Shown here one piece after another: positions 1-8,484 of a DNA stretch of 60,360 nucleotides (position 1 is the stretch's first letter; each line of letters begins with the position of its first letter). The DNA is from an uncultured Desulfobacterales bacterium (GTDB lineage: Bacteria; Desulfobacterota; Desulfobacteria; Desulfobacterales; C00003060), in the NCBI GenBank assembly GCA_964502635.1, contig CAZCXI010000002.1, forward strand, positions 1 to 60,360, in the 5' to 3' direction. The notes beneath the pieces were generated by a model. That model did not search any database. It saw only the letters and a program-made list of their open reading frames with translations, and had not been told where the DNA came from. The translations under genes were made by a program, and so were the position numbers.

Positions 1-438
1 ACACCCAGAAGTATCGGTCTCTTGCCAAGAGATGTTATCCAAAAATAGTAACCATTTCAAATGAATATTGAACTCATGCCCTCGGAATCCTCACATGGGC
101 TCCGAAAAGGCATATAGGCCTATCTCTTCTTGGACCTGCCCTTTATTAAGGACGGATGAACGGGCGTCCATGATTTTATGCTTTGATTAGAACTTCACTA
201 TCTTGCCTTATGACAATCGCCTAATTTCATAGACGCTTGAGTCGCAAGCGAGCCCTGCCTTTCCATACGGGGCCTCAACTACCTCTTACCCTTCATAGGC
301 AAAGCCGGTTTCAAGAACTTGGTTATGGCGGGCTCATCTTCGATGACCAGCGTCCTGGGCCCAGGAGAACCTCCTGATGAGGCATCCCGAGGCGTTGCCA
401 TGGCTTCGCCTTCCCACCTCCTTGATGAGGACAGTCAT

Positions 439-648
439 TCATATCCGTATAAAATAGGGTAAGATCACGAGGCAGATGCCGATGAGCACCAAAATATATA
501 CATTTGAGATGAAATATGGGAACACGAAAAGCCCCACCCCACAAAACAGGGGGACGACCTTTCGCTGTTTTTTGCCATAGGTAAAAAAACCCAGGCCGAT
601 GGCGCCAAACAACACAGCCCATAAAATTGTCGCTGTACTGCTCATCAT
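439..648 (-). CDS. small hydrophobic membrane protein (69 aa), unknown function
   Basis: ATG-ATG at 648/645 inside ORF 439..990. The upstream part of that ORF overlaps enolase and is unlikely to be coding. The product has two hydrophobic helices (ILWAVLFGAIGLGFF; VYILVLIGICLVILPYF). Confidence 0.4.
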   Translation of the reverse strand: MMSSTATILWAVLFGAIGLGFFTYGKKQRKVVPLFCGVGLFVFPYFISNVYILVLIGICLVILPYFIRI

Positions 649-689
649 AGACACCCCGTTTTTTCCGGGGAAGGTAAAGAAATGAAGCT

Positions 690-708
690 CCCCGACCAAA
701 GGTCGGGG
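690..708 (-). terminator. hairpin downstream of eno
   Basis: The minus strand reads CCCCGACC-TTTG-GTCGGGG followed by a T-rich tract (AGCTTCATTTCTTT). Confidence 0.4.
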
Positions 709-785
709 CTTGCGGGAAGCAGGCCGGTCAAGCTCCTCTCCGCTGGTGGGCTGCCGGAGAAATCCACGCCCCTCGGCGGAATCAT

Positions 786-2060
786 CTATTTCCAATAGTA
801 TTGAGCAGTCCCCCCGAGTTCGTTCTCGATCTCCAGTAAGCGGTTGTATTTTGCAATGCGCTCGCTTCTGCTGGCCGATCCCGTCTTCAGATGACCGCCG
901 TCCATGGCCACTGCAAAATCGGCCAGGAAGTCGTCTTCCGTCTCGCCGGAGCGATGGGAGAGGAAATATCTCCATCCGACCTCGCGGCACATCCGTATAG
1001 CTTCTATGGTCTCTGTCACCGTGCCGATCTGATTCAATTTGATCAGTGCTGAATTTGCCGTCTTTTCCCTAATACCCCGGGCTATGTACTTTGTGTTGGT
1101 GACAAAAATGTCGTCCCCAACGACTTCGATCCGATCTCCCAATTCTCCTGTAAGTTTGCGAAATCCATCCCAGTCATCTTCCGACAGTGGATCCTCCCAC
1201 AGGACAATAGGATATTTTTCCAGCCATTCCTTCGCCATTTCGATCAAATCAGCGCTTGTCTTTGTGCCGCCTCCGGACCATTTCAGGTCATAGTGGCCTT
1301 CTTTATCAGCGGCAAAAGAGGTGGCAGCCGAGTCAAGGGCAATCGCAATATCTTCTCCAGGTCTGTAGCCTGCCTTTTCAATAGCCTGAATGATTATTTC
1401 AATGGCCTCCTCGTTACTGCCCAGATTAGGGGCAAAACCGCCCTCATCACCCACGCTCGTCGCAAGACCGCGCCCTTTCAGAATCCCTTTGAGCACGTGA
1501 AATGTCTCCGCCACATAGCGCAGACCCTCGGCAAAATCGGGGGCGCCCAGAGGAACGGCCATAAATTCTTGCAGATCAACACTGTTATCGGCGTGCTCGC
1601 CGCCATTCAGGATATTCATACAGGGTACGGGAATCCGGCGAGCTACGGCACCACCCAAATATTGATAAAGCGGGAGCCGGCATGCCATGGCCGCCGCGCG
1701 GGCCACGGCCATTGAAACCCCTAAGACGGCATTCGCACCCAAATTCGATTTATTTTCTGTTCCATCAAGATCCAGCATTAAGCGGTCAATCTCAGCTTGG
1801 TTACTGGGATCCATTCCCACCAATTCCGGGCCTATTTTTTCGTTCACATGAGCAACAGCCTGAAGAACACCCTTGCCCCCATAGCGCTTCAGGTCCCCGT
1901 CCCGTAACTCAAGAGCCTCATTTTCACCGGTGCTGGCGCCAGATGGTACAGAGGCCGACACGCGTATCCCGCCGCTCAATTCCACGAATACCCGGACGGT
2001 CGGGTTTCCACGGGAATCAAGGATTTCCATGGCTTCAACAGATTCGATTCGTTCGCGCAT
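786..2060 (-). CDS. eno: enolase (phosphopyruvate hydratase)
   Basis: 424-aa ORF with the N-terminal EILDSRGNPTV motif, SHRSGETED, and the LLEIE C-terminus typical of enolase. Confidence 0.97.
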   Translation of the reverse strand: MRERIESVEAMEILDSRGNPTVRVFVELSGGIRVSASVPSGASTGENEALELRDGDLKRYGGKGVLQAVAHVNEKIGPELVGMDPSNQAEIDRLMLDLDGTENKSNLGANAVLGVSMAVARAAAMACRLPLYQYLGGAVARRIPVPCMNILNGGEHADNSVDLQEFMAVPLGAPDFAEGLRYVAETFHVLKGILKGRGLATSVGDEGGFAPNLGSNEEAIEIIIQAIEKAGYRPGEDIAIALDSAATSFAADKEGHYDLKWSGGGTKTSADLIEMAKEWLEKYPIVLWEDPLSEDDWDGFRKLTGELGDRIEVVGDDIFVTNTKYIARGIREKTANSALIKLNQIGTVTETIEAIRMCREVGWRYFLSHRSGETEDDFLADFAVAMDGGHLKTGSASRSERIAKYNRLLEIENELGGTAQYYWK

Positions 2061-2135
2061 AATTTATTCCTCCTTTGTCGTTCTACAGACATAATGGTTG
2101 AAAGTTTGTCCCCCTGACGCCTCCTTTCACTTTGC

Positions 2136-3062
2136 CTATTCGCTTCGTCTTGCCAACTTCGTTGCAAAGATGGCAATTAAGCCGCCAAGCATGACGTAAC
2201 CAATGATAACCTCAATCGTTAGCCATATTTCAGCTGCTAGGTTTTTTGGAACCACGTCACCAAAACCGAGTGTTGTAAAAGTCACGATGCTGAAGTAATA
2301 GGGTGTAAACCATGTTGCTGATCGGCCATGAAGATCAACATCGGGCGCCATGTGAACAAGCCACTCGGGAAACCACGTTGGTGCAGAGTATTCAGCGTAA
2401 GCAACGCCGCAAAGCACCGCAATGAACAACGACCATCCAACCCAGAGCAACATGGAACGTCCGCAATCCGAGCTAACAGCCCATATGAAATGTTTTATGG
2501 GATGATTGATTCTAACTTCTTCGATAAACTCATTGTCCTTGGCATCCCGTATGAACCTCGGGCTACCACTGCAACCCTGAAGATTTATCCCTCTACACCT
2601 GCCCAACTTCTTATATTGGGCCCCAAGAACAAAGACATTTTGTAAATCCGCACCCAAAAAACTGGCTCTTTCGAGGTGCGCACCTCCAAGATCGGCTCCT
2701 TCAAGGCGTGCACCCATAAAATCGGCTCCTTGAAGGTGTGCACTCCGAGCATTAGCTCCTTCAAGGTGTGCATAAAGAAGATTGGCCCTTTCAAGGTGGG
2801 CACCCCCGAGATCGGCTCCTTCAAGGTGCGCATGAAGAAGATTGGCCCTTTCAAGGTGCACACCCCCAAGATCGGCTCCTTCAAGGCGTGCACCCCCAAG
2901 ATCGGCTCCTTCAAGGCGTGCACCCGAAAGATCGATCCCTTCAAGGTGTGAAAGCCCGAGATTGGCTTTTTCAAGGTCGGGCCTGATGTCGGGGTGTTCC
3001 TTCCGCCATGTGTTCCAAGCCTCGACCCCTTCCCCAAGTTTATTGTAGTGCTCTTGATTCAC
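2136..3062 (-). CDS. pentapeptide-repeat protein fused to a 2-TM potassium-channel pore domain
   Basis: Long run of A(D/N)LxG pentapeptides (GADLGGAHLERANLL...). C-terminal TM-pore-TM with selectivity-filter-like TTLGFGDV. Start placed at GTG 3062, preceded by GGGGAGG; the open frame extends to 3245. Confidence 0.8.
   Translation of the reverse strand: MNQEHYNKLGEGVEAWNTWRKEHPDIRPDLEKANLGLSHLEGIDLSGARLEGADLGGARLEGADLGGVHLERANLLHAHLEGADLGGAHLERANLLYAHLEGANARSAHLQGADFMGARLEGADLGGAHLERASFLGADLQNVFVLGAQYKKLGRCRGINLQGCSGSPRFIRDAKDNEFIEEVRINHPIKHFIWAVSSDCGRSMLLWVGWSLFIAVLCGVAYAEYSAPTWFPEWLVHMAPDVDLHGRSATWFTPYYFSIVTFTTLGFGDVVPKNLAAEIWLTIEVIIGYVMLGGLIAIFATKLARRSE
2645..2975. repeat. about 30-nt tandem DNA repeat array encoding the pentapeptide repeats
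   Basis: The unit gatcggctccttcaaggcgtgcacccccaa recurs about 11 times. Copies at 2861-2920 are nearly perfect, and a 60-nt higher-order unit (..gcgcatgaagaagattggccctttcaaggtg..) is also seen. Confidence 0.85.
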
Positions 3063-3354
3063 AATACCTCCCCTTTTGGCCCCATCGCAAACCTTCGGCC
3101 CATTGAGTTTTGCCGATGAGGCTTCATCATTTGCCTCCCAATCGCGAAAGCATCCGGATGGAGGACGGAGGGCGTCATCATTTTCACAAGCAGACCCATA
3201 ACATATTCTGTTTGGTTGAAAAAGAACCGTTTTCGGCCAAGCCATGCTGTCGAAATTGGGCCTAAAGGGGCTCCGTGGTGCTTATCAATGTCAGGTTGAC
3301 AACCCTTCTGGATTGTGAGAAACAGGCAATCAATCAAGGGAAGGAGGGCCGATT

Positions 3355-3567
3355 ATGAAAGGATTTGTGTGGGGCATCGTTGATATCATCTGCTTTACTG
3401 CCGGCCCATTTTGTACGCTATATTTTCTTAGTGATTTTAGTCACGGACCGGCCGGCCCAGGTCCATTTTACTATTTTTACACCTATAATTCACGGCTTGG
3501 CTTGGCCCTCGGGGTGACGCTCATATGTGTCGGTTTTATGATCCGATCCTTGAGGAAACATGAATGA
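3355..3567 (+). CDS. small membrane protein, hypothetical
   Basis: 70-aa ORF with two hydrophobic segments. Its stop overlaps the next start (ATGA), suggesting translational coupling. Confidence 0.35.
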   Translation: MKGFVWGIVDIICFTAGPFCTLYFLSDFSHGPAGPGPFYYFYTYNSRLGLALGVTLICVGFMIRSLRKHE

Positions 3568-4301
3568 AAGCCGGCCGGCCCAGGGATGATTATACCGAAA
3601 GGATCAAAACAAACATCCTCGCCTTGGGAGCGGACCTTGCGGGAGTGGCAGATGCCGAGCCCTTAGAGGCGTTGAGACTCAATCCACCCCACCTGTTAGA
3701 CCCCTTCAGTCGGGCCATTTCCATCGCCATCCGGCTGCCCGCAGCGGTCTTCGAAGAGATCCTGGATCGTCCCACGCCGAACTATGCTACGGCTTATCAG
3801 AGCGCCAACCGCATACTGGACGAAATCGCCTTTCGCACGGCTGCCATGCTGGAAGACGATGGCTTCCCGAGTCTGCCCATTGCCGCATCGCAGGTCCTGG
3901 ACACAAGAAACTGGTATGGCGCCATTTCTCACAAGGCCGTGGGTCGTATGGCTGGATTGGGATGGCAGGGCAAGAGCCTTCTTCTGGTGAACTCCCTGTG
4001 CGGTCCGCGCATCCGTCTGGTCACGGTGCTGACCAGTGCACCGCTGAAGGTTGACGGCCCGATCAAGAACCGTTGCGGCAGGTGCACGATGTGTGAGGAT
4101 GCTTGCCCGGTCGGGGCGATCAAAGGGGTCGGCACCCAGGGCCATTACACGAGGAGAAGCGACGCCCTGCATTTTTCCCGGTGTGTGGAAAAACTGGTGG
4201 GTGAGTTTTCGAAACTTCCCAATGTGGGGGCGCCCATCTGCGGGATTTGCATCAAGGCCTGCCCCTTTGGACAAAAAGGTTCGAAAAAGGGATGGGAGTA
4301 A
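3564..4301 (+). CDS. 4Fe-4S dicluster protein, epoxyqueuosine-reductase (QueG)/reductive-dehalogenase-like
   Basis: Cluster motifs [12 protein letters not shown] and CGICIKACP. Overall similarity to the QueG-like family is recalled from memory. Confidence 0.65.
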   Translation: MKAGRPRDDYTERIKTNILALGADLAGVADAEPLEALRLNPPHLLDPFSRAISIAIRLPAAVFEEILDRPTPNYATAYQSANRILDEIAFRTAAMLEDDGFPSLPIAASQVLDTRNWYGAISHKAVGRMAGLGWQGKSLLLVNSLCGPRIRLVTVLTSAPLKVDGPIKNRCGRCTMCEDACPVGAIKGVGTQGHYTRRSDALHFSRCVEKLVGEFSKLPNVGAPICGICIKACPFGQKGSKKGWE

Positions 4302-4332
4302 GAAAACCAAGGGGAAAAAGGAGCTGCACCTT

Positions 4333-5622
4333 ATGAAAAAGCATGTATCTGAAGAACTCTTTGCCAAGGCCAGAAAGGTCATCCCGGGTGGCGTCAACAG
4401 CCCGGTGCGTGCTTGCCGCTCGGTAGGTATGGATCCGGTCTTTATCCAGCGGGCAGAGGGCTCCAGGGTGTTCGATGCTGATGGCAATGAGTATATAGAC
4501 TATGTGGGGTCCTGGGGCCCCATGATTTTAGGGCATCGGCACCCGGAGGTCATTTCAGCCATTGAAGGCGTGCTGGCACGCGGCACCAGCTTTGGCGCAC
4601 CCACGGACCTCGAGGTGGAGCTGGCCGAGATGGTGATTGAGGCGGTTCCATCCGTGGAAATGGTGCGTATGGTAAACTCCGGCACAGAGGCCACCATGAG
4701 CGCCGTTCGCCTGGCAAGGGGCGTCACCGGCCGTGACCTGGTCATCAAGTTTGACGGCTGCTACCACGGCCACGGCGACACCTTCCTGGTGCAGGCAGGT
4801 TCCGGCGTGGCCACCTTGGGCATACCGGGGAGTCCGGGTGTGCCGGAGGCGTGCGTCAAAAACACCCTGTCCCTGCCGTATAATGATATAGAGCGCCTGG
4901 CGGCCGTGTGTTCGGAAAACGGGGATGCCATTGCGGCCGTCATTGTGGAACCCGTGGCCGGCAACATGGGCCTTGTGCCACCCAATCCGGGATTCCTGGA
5001 AACCTTGAGGGAACTGACTCAGGACCGCGAGATCATCCTGATATTTGATGAGGTCATGACGGGTTTTCGCGTGGCCTATGGGGGTGCCCAGGCCCTGTAT
5101 GACATCAGGCCGGACCTGACCTGCATGGGCAAGGTCATCGGAGGCGGACTGCCGGTGGGGGCCTATGGCGGCAAGCGGGAGATCATGAGCAAGATTGCCC
5201 CGGAAGGGCCTGTCTATCAGGCCGGCACGCTTTCCGGCAACCCGGTGGCCATGGCTGCCGGCCTGGCCACGCTGAAATGCTTGCAGCAGCCGGGCTTCTA
5301 TGACGGCCTCGAAGCCAGGTCAGCCATGTTGGCGGAGGGGCTGAAAGAAGCGGCCGGCAAGGCAGGCCTTGCGGTGGTGACGAACCGGGTAGGCTCCATG
5401 TTAGGACTGTTTTTTGCGGATCAGCCGGTTTCAAACTTTGCCGAGGCCCAGAAGAGTGATGTGGCCATGTTTGCGAGGTATTACAAGGAGATGCTCCAGC
5501 GGGGGATCTATCTGGCTCCATCTCAATACGAGGCGGCGTTCGTCTCAAGCGCTCACAGCGAGGCAGACGTACAGACGACCGTTCAGGCCGCTGGGCAGGT
5601 TTTTGAGCAGTTGATAATTTAA
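4333..5622 (+). CDS. hemL: glutamate-1-semialdehyde 2,1-aminomutase
   Basis: [28 protein letters not shown]-terminus and an aminotransferase class III body. ATG 4333 was chosen because the ORF extension back to 4051 overlaps the previous gene. Confidence 0.95.
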   Translation: MKKHVSEELFAKARKVIPGGVNSPVRACRSVGMDPVFIQRAEGSRVFDADGNEYIDYVGSWGPMILGHRHPEVISAIEGVLARGTSFGAPTDLEVELAEMVIEAVPSVEMVRMVNSGTEATMSAVRLARGVTGRDLVIKFDGCYHGHGDTFLVQAGSGVATLGIPGSPGVPEACVKNTLSLPYNDIERLAAVCSENGDAIAAVIVEPVAGNMGLVPPNPGFLETLRELTQDREIILIFDEVMTGFRVAYGGAQALYDIRPDLTCMGKVIGGGLPVGAYGGKREIMSKIAPEGPVYQAGTLSGNPVAMAAGLATLKCLQQPGFYDGLEARSAMLAEGLKEAAGKAGLAVVTNRVGSMLGLFFADQPVSNFAEAQKSDVAMFARYYKEMLQRGIYLAPSQYEAAFVSSAHSEADVQTTVQAAGQVFEQLII

Positions 5623-5732
5623 GGATTGACTTGAAGGGTGTCATGTGGTAGGCAGGGCCTTGTTTTTCCAAAAGGCCCGCCATGTGTCTTAAAGGGCTTT
5701 TCGGAGGGACTTTTGCACAAGCGCTCTTTGTC

Positions 5733-5954
5733 ATGAAAAACGAGACAAAGAAACTGTTTGGGGATCTCTGGTACTACAGTAGCCTGAGTTTTTCCATTGC
5801 GCTGTCCATCATCATTGGACTAGGGATTGGGTACTGGCTGGACGCGCGGGTGTTTCACAGCTCACCGTGGTTCACGCTTATTTTTCTTGGTCTTGGAGTC
5901 ATCGCCGGATTCCGCAACATATACCTGGCCATGAAAAAGAGCCGGGAACAGTAA
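5733..5954 (+). CDS. atpZ: AtpZ/AtpR-type small membrane protein of the ATP synthase operon
   Basis: 73-aa two-TM protein immediately upstream of atpI-atpB-atpE, matching the ATPase_gene1-like pattern. Confidence 0.65.
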   Translation: MKNETKKLFGDLWYYSSLSFSIALSIIIGLGIGYWLDARVFHSSPWFTLIFLGLGVIAGFRNIYLAMKKSREQ

Positions 5955-5977
5955 CAGGAAAACGTCAGGTCGTGCGC

Positions 5978-6358
5978 ATGGAGAAGAAGCTTCTCAGATT
6001 CGTCATCTTCACCAACTGGATTCTTTTTTCTGCGGTGACGCTCTGTGGCTTTATCCTGACGTCAGGGCGTTTTGCCTGGGGGATCCTGGCAGGCGGTCTC
6101 CTTGTCACGGTTAACTTTCATCTCTTGTATCGGTCTCTGAAGCGTGCATTGACACCACCCCATCTTGCCGACACGAGGGTCGTTTTGGGCAAATACTATA
6201 TCCGATTCTTGGCGACTGCCGTTATCATCTATGTGTTGATAGCAGACCATTACGTTCATCCTTTGGGGCTCATCATCGGGCTTTCTGTGGTCGTTTCGAG
6301 CATTTTCATAGCGACGCTTAACGAAATAAGGAAACTCATCTTCAAGGAGGCGGCGTGA
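5978..6358 (+). CDS. atpI: ATP synthase protein I
   Basis: 126-aa four-TM protein between atpZ and atpB. Internal ATG 5978 of ORF 5867..6358 avoids overlap with atpZ. Confidence 0.65.
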   Translation: MEKKLLRFVIFTNWILFSAVTLCGFILTSGRFAWGILAGGLLVTVNFHLLYRSLKRALTPPHLADTRVVLGKYYIRFLATAVIIYVLIADHYVHPLGLIIGLSVVVSSIFIATLNEIRKLIFKEAA

Positions 6359-6359
6359 C

Positions 6360-7049
6360 ATGGAACATCCGATCCTATTTCTAGTACAGCTGTTTGACCT
6401 CATCGGCCTGGGACATTTCGCCCACGAGTATCCCCACGTGATTTATTCGTGGTTTGTGATGCTCCTTCTCATCTTGTTTGCGTTTCTTGGCACCAAGGGG
6501 ATCAGCATGATTCCCGCAAAGGGGCAAAACCTTTTCGAGATCGTGATTGGAGGAATGGAAGACTTCATCGTGGACATTACAGGGGAGGAGGGTCGGCGCT
6601 TCTTTCCCATCCTTGCCACGGTCTTCATCTATATTCTCATTTGTAATCTTCTGGGTGAATTCCCTGGTCTTTATCCGCCTACTGCCAAGATTGACACGAC
6701 CCTGTCGTGCGCCCTTGTAGTGGTCCCCATGACCCATATCATCGGTGTCATGTACCACGGGCCTAAATACATCAAACACTTTATGGGTCCCATCTGGTGG
6801 ATGGTTCCCATTATACTTCCCATTGAACTGATCGGCCACGCCGCTCGCGTCCTTTCACTGAGCATCCGTCTTTTTGGAAACATGGCGGGCCACGAGCTGG
6901 TTTCGGCCATCCTCTTTATGCTGGCCGGCGCCTTTTTTGCCCCTCTTCCCATCATGGTTTTGGGCATCTTTGTAAGCGTGGTTCAGGCCTTTGTGTTCTT
7001 CTTGCTGTCTACCATGTATTTTGCAGGTGCTATGGAACATGCCCATTAA
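6360..7049 (+). CDS. atpB: F0F1 ATP synthase subunit a
   Basis: 229 aa with the conserved LSIRLFGNMAGHE stretch that carries the essential Arg. Confidence 0.95.
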   Translation: MEHPILFLVQLFDLIGLGHFAHEYPHVIYSWFVMLLLILFAFLGTKGISMIPAKGQNLFEIVIGGMEDFIVDITGEEGRRFFPILATVFIYILICNLLGEFPGLYPPTAKIDTTLSCALVVVPMTHIIGVMYHGPKYIKHFMGPIWWMVPIILPIELIGHAARVLSLSIRLFGNMAGHELVSAILFMLAGAFFAPLPIMVLGIFVSVVQAFVFFLLSTMYFAGAMEHAH

Positions 7050-7112
7050 TATAAACTGGTGCTATGGAAGAAGCCCATGAACAAAAATCTTAGAGTAAAG
7101 GAGGGAGAGTCA

Positions 7113-7487
7113 ATGTTGAAGAAACTGTCATTTTCAACCCTGGGGGCCGCGTTGTTGGTCTGTGGCATGTCAACGGCGGCCTTTGCTGCAGGTGACGAGA
7201 TCGCCCTGGCGGCCTTGAAGTACTTCACGGTATCGGTCTTTACCGCCGGCTTTGCCATCGCGTTGGCAGCATTCGGGGGCAGTATCGGCCAAGGCTGGTC
7301 CATCAGGAATTCCGTTGAGGGCATTGCCAGAAACCCGGAGTCCTCGGGTAAGGTGACCGTGACGATGCTCATCGGCCTCGCCATGGTCGAGTCACTGGTT
7401 ATTTACACCCTGGTTATCGCCCTGATTCTGATTTATGCCCATCCGCAGGCTGGAGCGATTGCAGCCCTGTTTGGCGGTGGTCATTAG
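7113..7487 (+). CDS. atpE: F0F1 ATP synthase subunit c with a signal-peptide-like N-terminal extension
   Basis: RBS AAGGAGGGAG lies upstream of ATG 7113. The c-subunit hairpin is GSIGQG...ARNPE...MVESLVIYTLVIALIL. It is preceded by MLKKLSFSTLGAALLVCGMSTAAFA. Confidence 0.9.
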   Translation: MLKKLSFSTLGAALLVCGMSTAAFAAGDEIALAALKYFTVSVFTAGFAIALAAFGGSIGQGWSIRNSVEGIARNPESSGKVTVTMLIGLAMVESLVIYTLVIALILIYAHPQAGAIAALFGGGH

Positions 7488-7517
7488 TCAACATGAATTA
7501 ACGGACGGGAAAAAAGA

Positions 7518-7571
7518 ACAGGGTTGCAACCGCTGTTCCCTGTGGCGGTCGCAACCCTGTCTGTCTTTTTG
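7518..7571 (+). terminator. rho-independent terminator after atpE
   Basis: 10-bp stem ACAGGGTTGC/GCAACCCTGT with inner ACCGC/GCGGT pairing, followed by CTGTCTTTTT. Confidence 0.65.
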
Positions 7572-7578
7572 GGTTAGA

Positions 7579-7785
7579 CTAGTGCCCATCCATGAATGCG
7601 GGCTACCCGAGCCGACATAGCTCGGTTGAGCCCTGCAAGGTGTTCATTCAGAAATGGTGGATTTTGGTCCGAGGCAAGGCCGCACAAGGGTTTTCGCCGC
7701 AGGCGCAGCAGCGCTGCGTTGATGATGCAAACCCGCGGAGAACGCCGCATTGGGCCCAAAGATGCCATTTATCGATGGACACTAG
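7579..7785 (-). mobile_element. 207-bp MITE-like interspersed element, copy 1 (CTAG-bounded, terminal inverted repeats)
   Basis: Its reverse complement aligns along its full length with 30418..30624. Both copies are exactly 207 nt, begin and end with CTAG, and have termini CTAGTG(Y)CCATC...GATGG(R)CACTAG. Confidence 0.6.
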
Positions 7786-7854
7786 ACTACTCTTCTTCAA
7801 TCTATCCCGTAACATTTAAAGCCCTTTAGCACACACTGGCTGACCAGCTGTCCG

Positions 7855-8484
7855 ATGAAGTCTGTCAATATTCCTGCCATTGCCGTCCAACGCCTGACAC
7901 TGTACGCACGAAATCTTGCCCTGCTCGATCAAAAGGGGATGGAGGTTGTTTCCTCCGCGGGCCTGGCCGATATTTGCGGGGTAAATCCCGCCCAAATAAG
8001 AAAGGACCTGGGATACTTTGGCCAATTCGGCATTAGAGGTGTCGGCTATTACGTGAAAGAGCTTGCGTACGAGATTCGCAAGATCCTCGGCTTGGAAAAG
8101 GAATGGCGATTGGCTTTGGTGGGTGTGGGAAACCTGGGCTCAGCCCTCCTCAGGCATGCCCAATTCTTAGACCAGAGCTATACCTTTGTAGCAGCCTTTG
8201 AAAGAGACCCGAAAAGAATCGGTATGCAAGTTGGACAGATCACGGTGGCCCCGGTGAAGGCCCTGAAGCGTTTGGTCAAGGACAAAGGCGTTGAGATCGG
8301 CGTGATTGCAATAGGCCCCCGATGGGCACAACAGGTGGCTGACGAGTTCGTCGGGGCCGGGGTTCGCGGCATCCTCAATTTCACCCCTGTCCAGCTACGC
8401 TGCCCAAGTGATCTTCATGTCGAAAACGTAGACTTCACGCGGATGCTGGACATGCTTTGTTATCGGCTTACGTTAAACCAGTGA
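7855..8484 (+). CDS. rex: redox-sensing transcriptional repressor Rex
   Basis: The N-terminal wHTH motif (RLTLYARNL...[18 protein letters not shown]) and Rossmann motif ([10 protein letters not shown]) are typical of Rex. Confidence 0.9.
   Translation: MKSVNIPAIAVQRLTLYARNLALLDQKGMEVVSSAGLADICGVNPAQIRKDLGYFGQFGIRGVGYYVKELAYEIRKILGLEKEWRLALVGVGNLGSALLRHAQFLDQSYTFVAAFERDPKRIGMQVGQITVAPVKALKRLVKDKGVEIGVIAIGPRWAQQVADEFVGAGVRGILNFTPVQLRCPSDLHVENVDFTRMLDMLCYRLTLNQ

Noticed and set aside
1-438. ORF-poor stretch at the window start, with small hairpins (TCTCTT-GCC-AAGAGA, GGACG..CGTCC, GCTTG-AGTCG-CAAGC), one near-DnaA-box (TTATCCAAA at about 34) and a 12-nt palindrome CCTGGGCCCAGG. Considered as an ncRNA (6S, RNase P, tmRNA) or a group II intron domain V.
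   Set aside because: I could not recognise signature motifs of any of these RNAs on either strand. The domain-V-like GAGCC..GGCTC segment does not form the required 34-nt helix. It was left unannotated. ORF 323..622 looks like a low-complexity shadow.
4051-4332. The N-terminal extension of the hemL ORF, and similar long 5' extensions of the pdxA (31632-31682), uvrA (11299-11340), TonB-receptor (38132-38236), FHA-cyclase (13622-13783) and sigma-54 activator ORFs.
   Set aside because: The extensions overlap neighbouring genes or repeats and lack similarity to the families. Internal starts with RBS-like sequences fit the conserved N-termini.
5623-5732. A Rex operator (TTGTGA-N6-TCACAA type) searched for upstream of the atp cluster and of rex, because rex is adjacent.
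   Set aside because: Only weak half-site resemblance was found (TGCACAAGCGCTCTTTGTCA), with no convincing palindrome.
7574-7768. ORFs 7574..7768(-) and 30435..30998(+) encoding similar peptides (MASLGPMRRSPRV... and MASFGPMRRSPRV...).
   Set aside because: They are translations of the 207-bp interspersed repeat. The second runs antisense into pdxA, there is no RBS, and the similarity ends at the repeat boundary.
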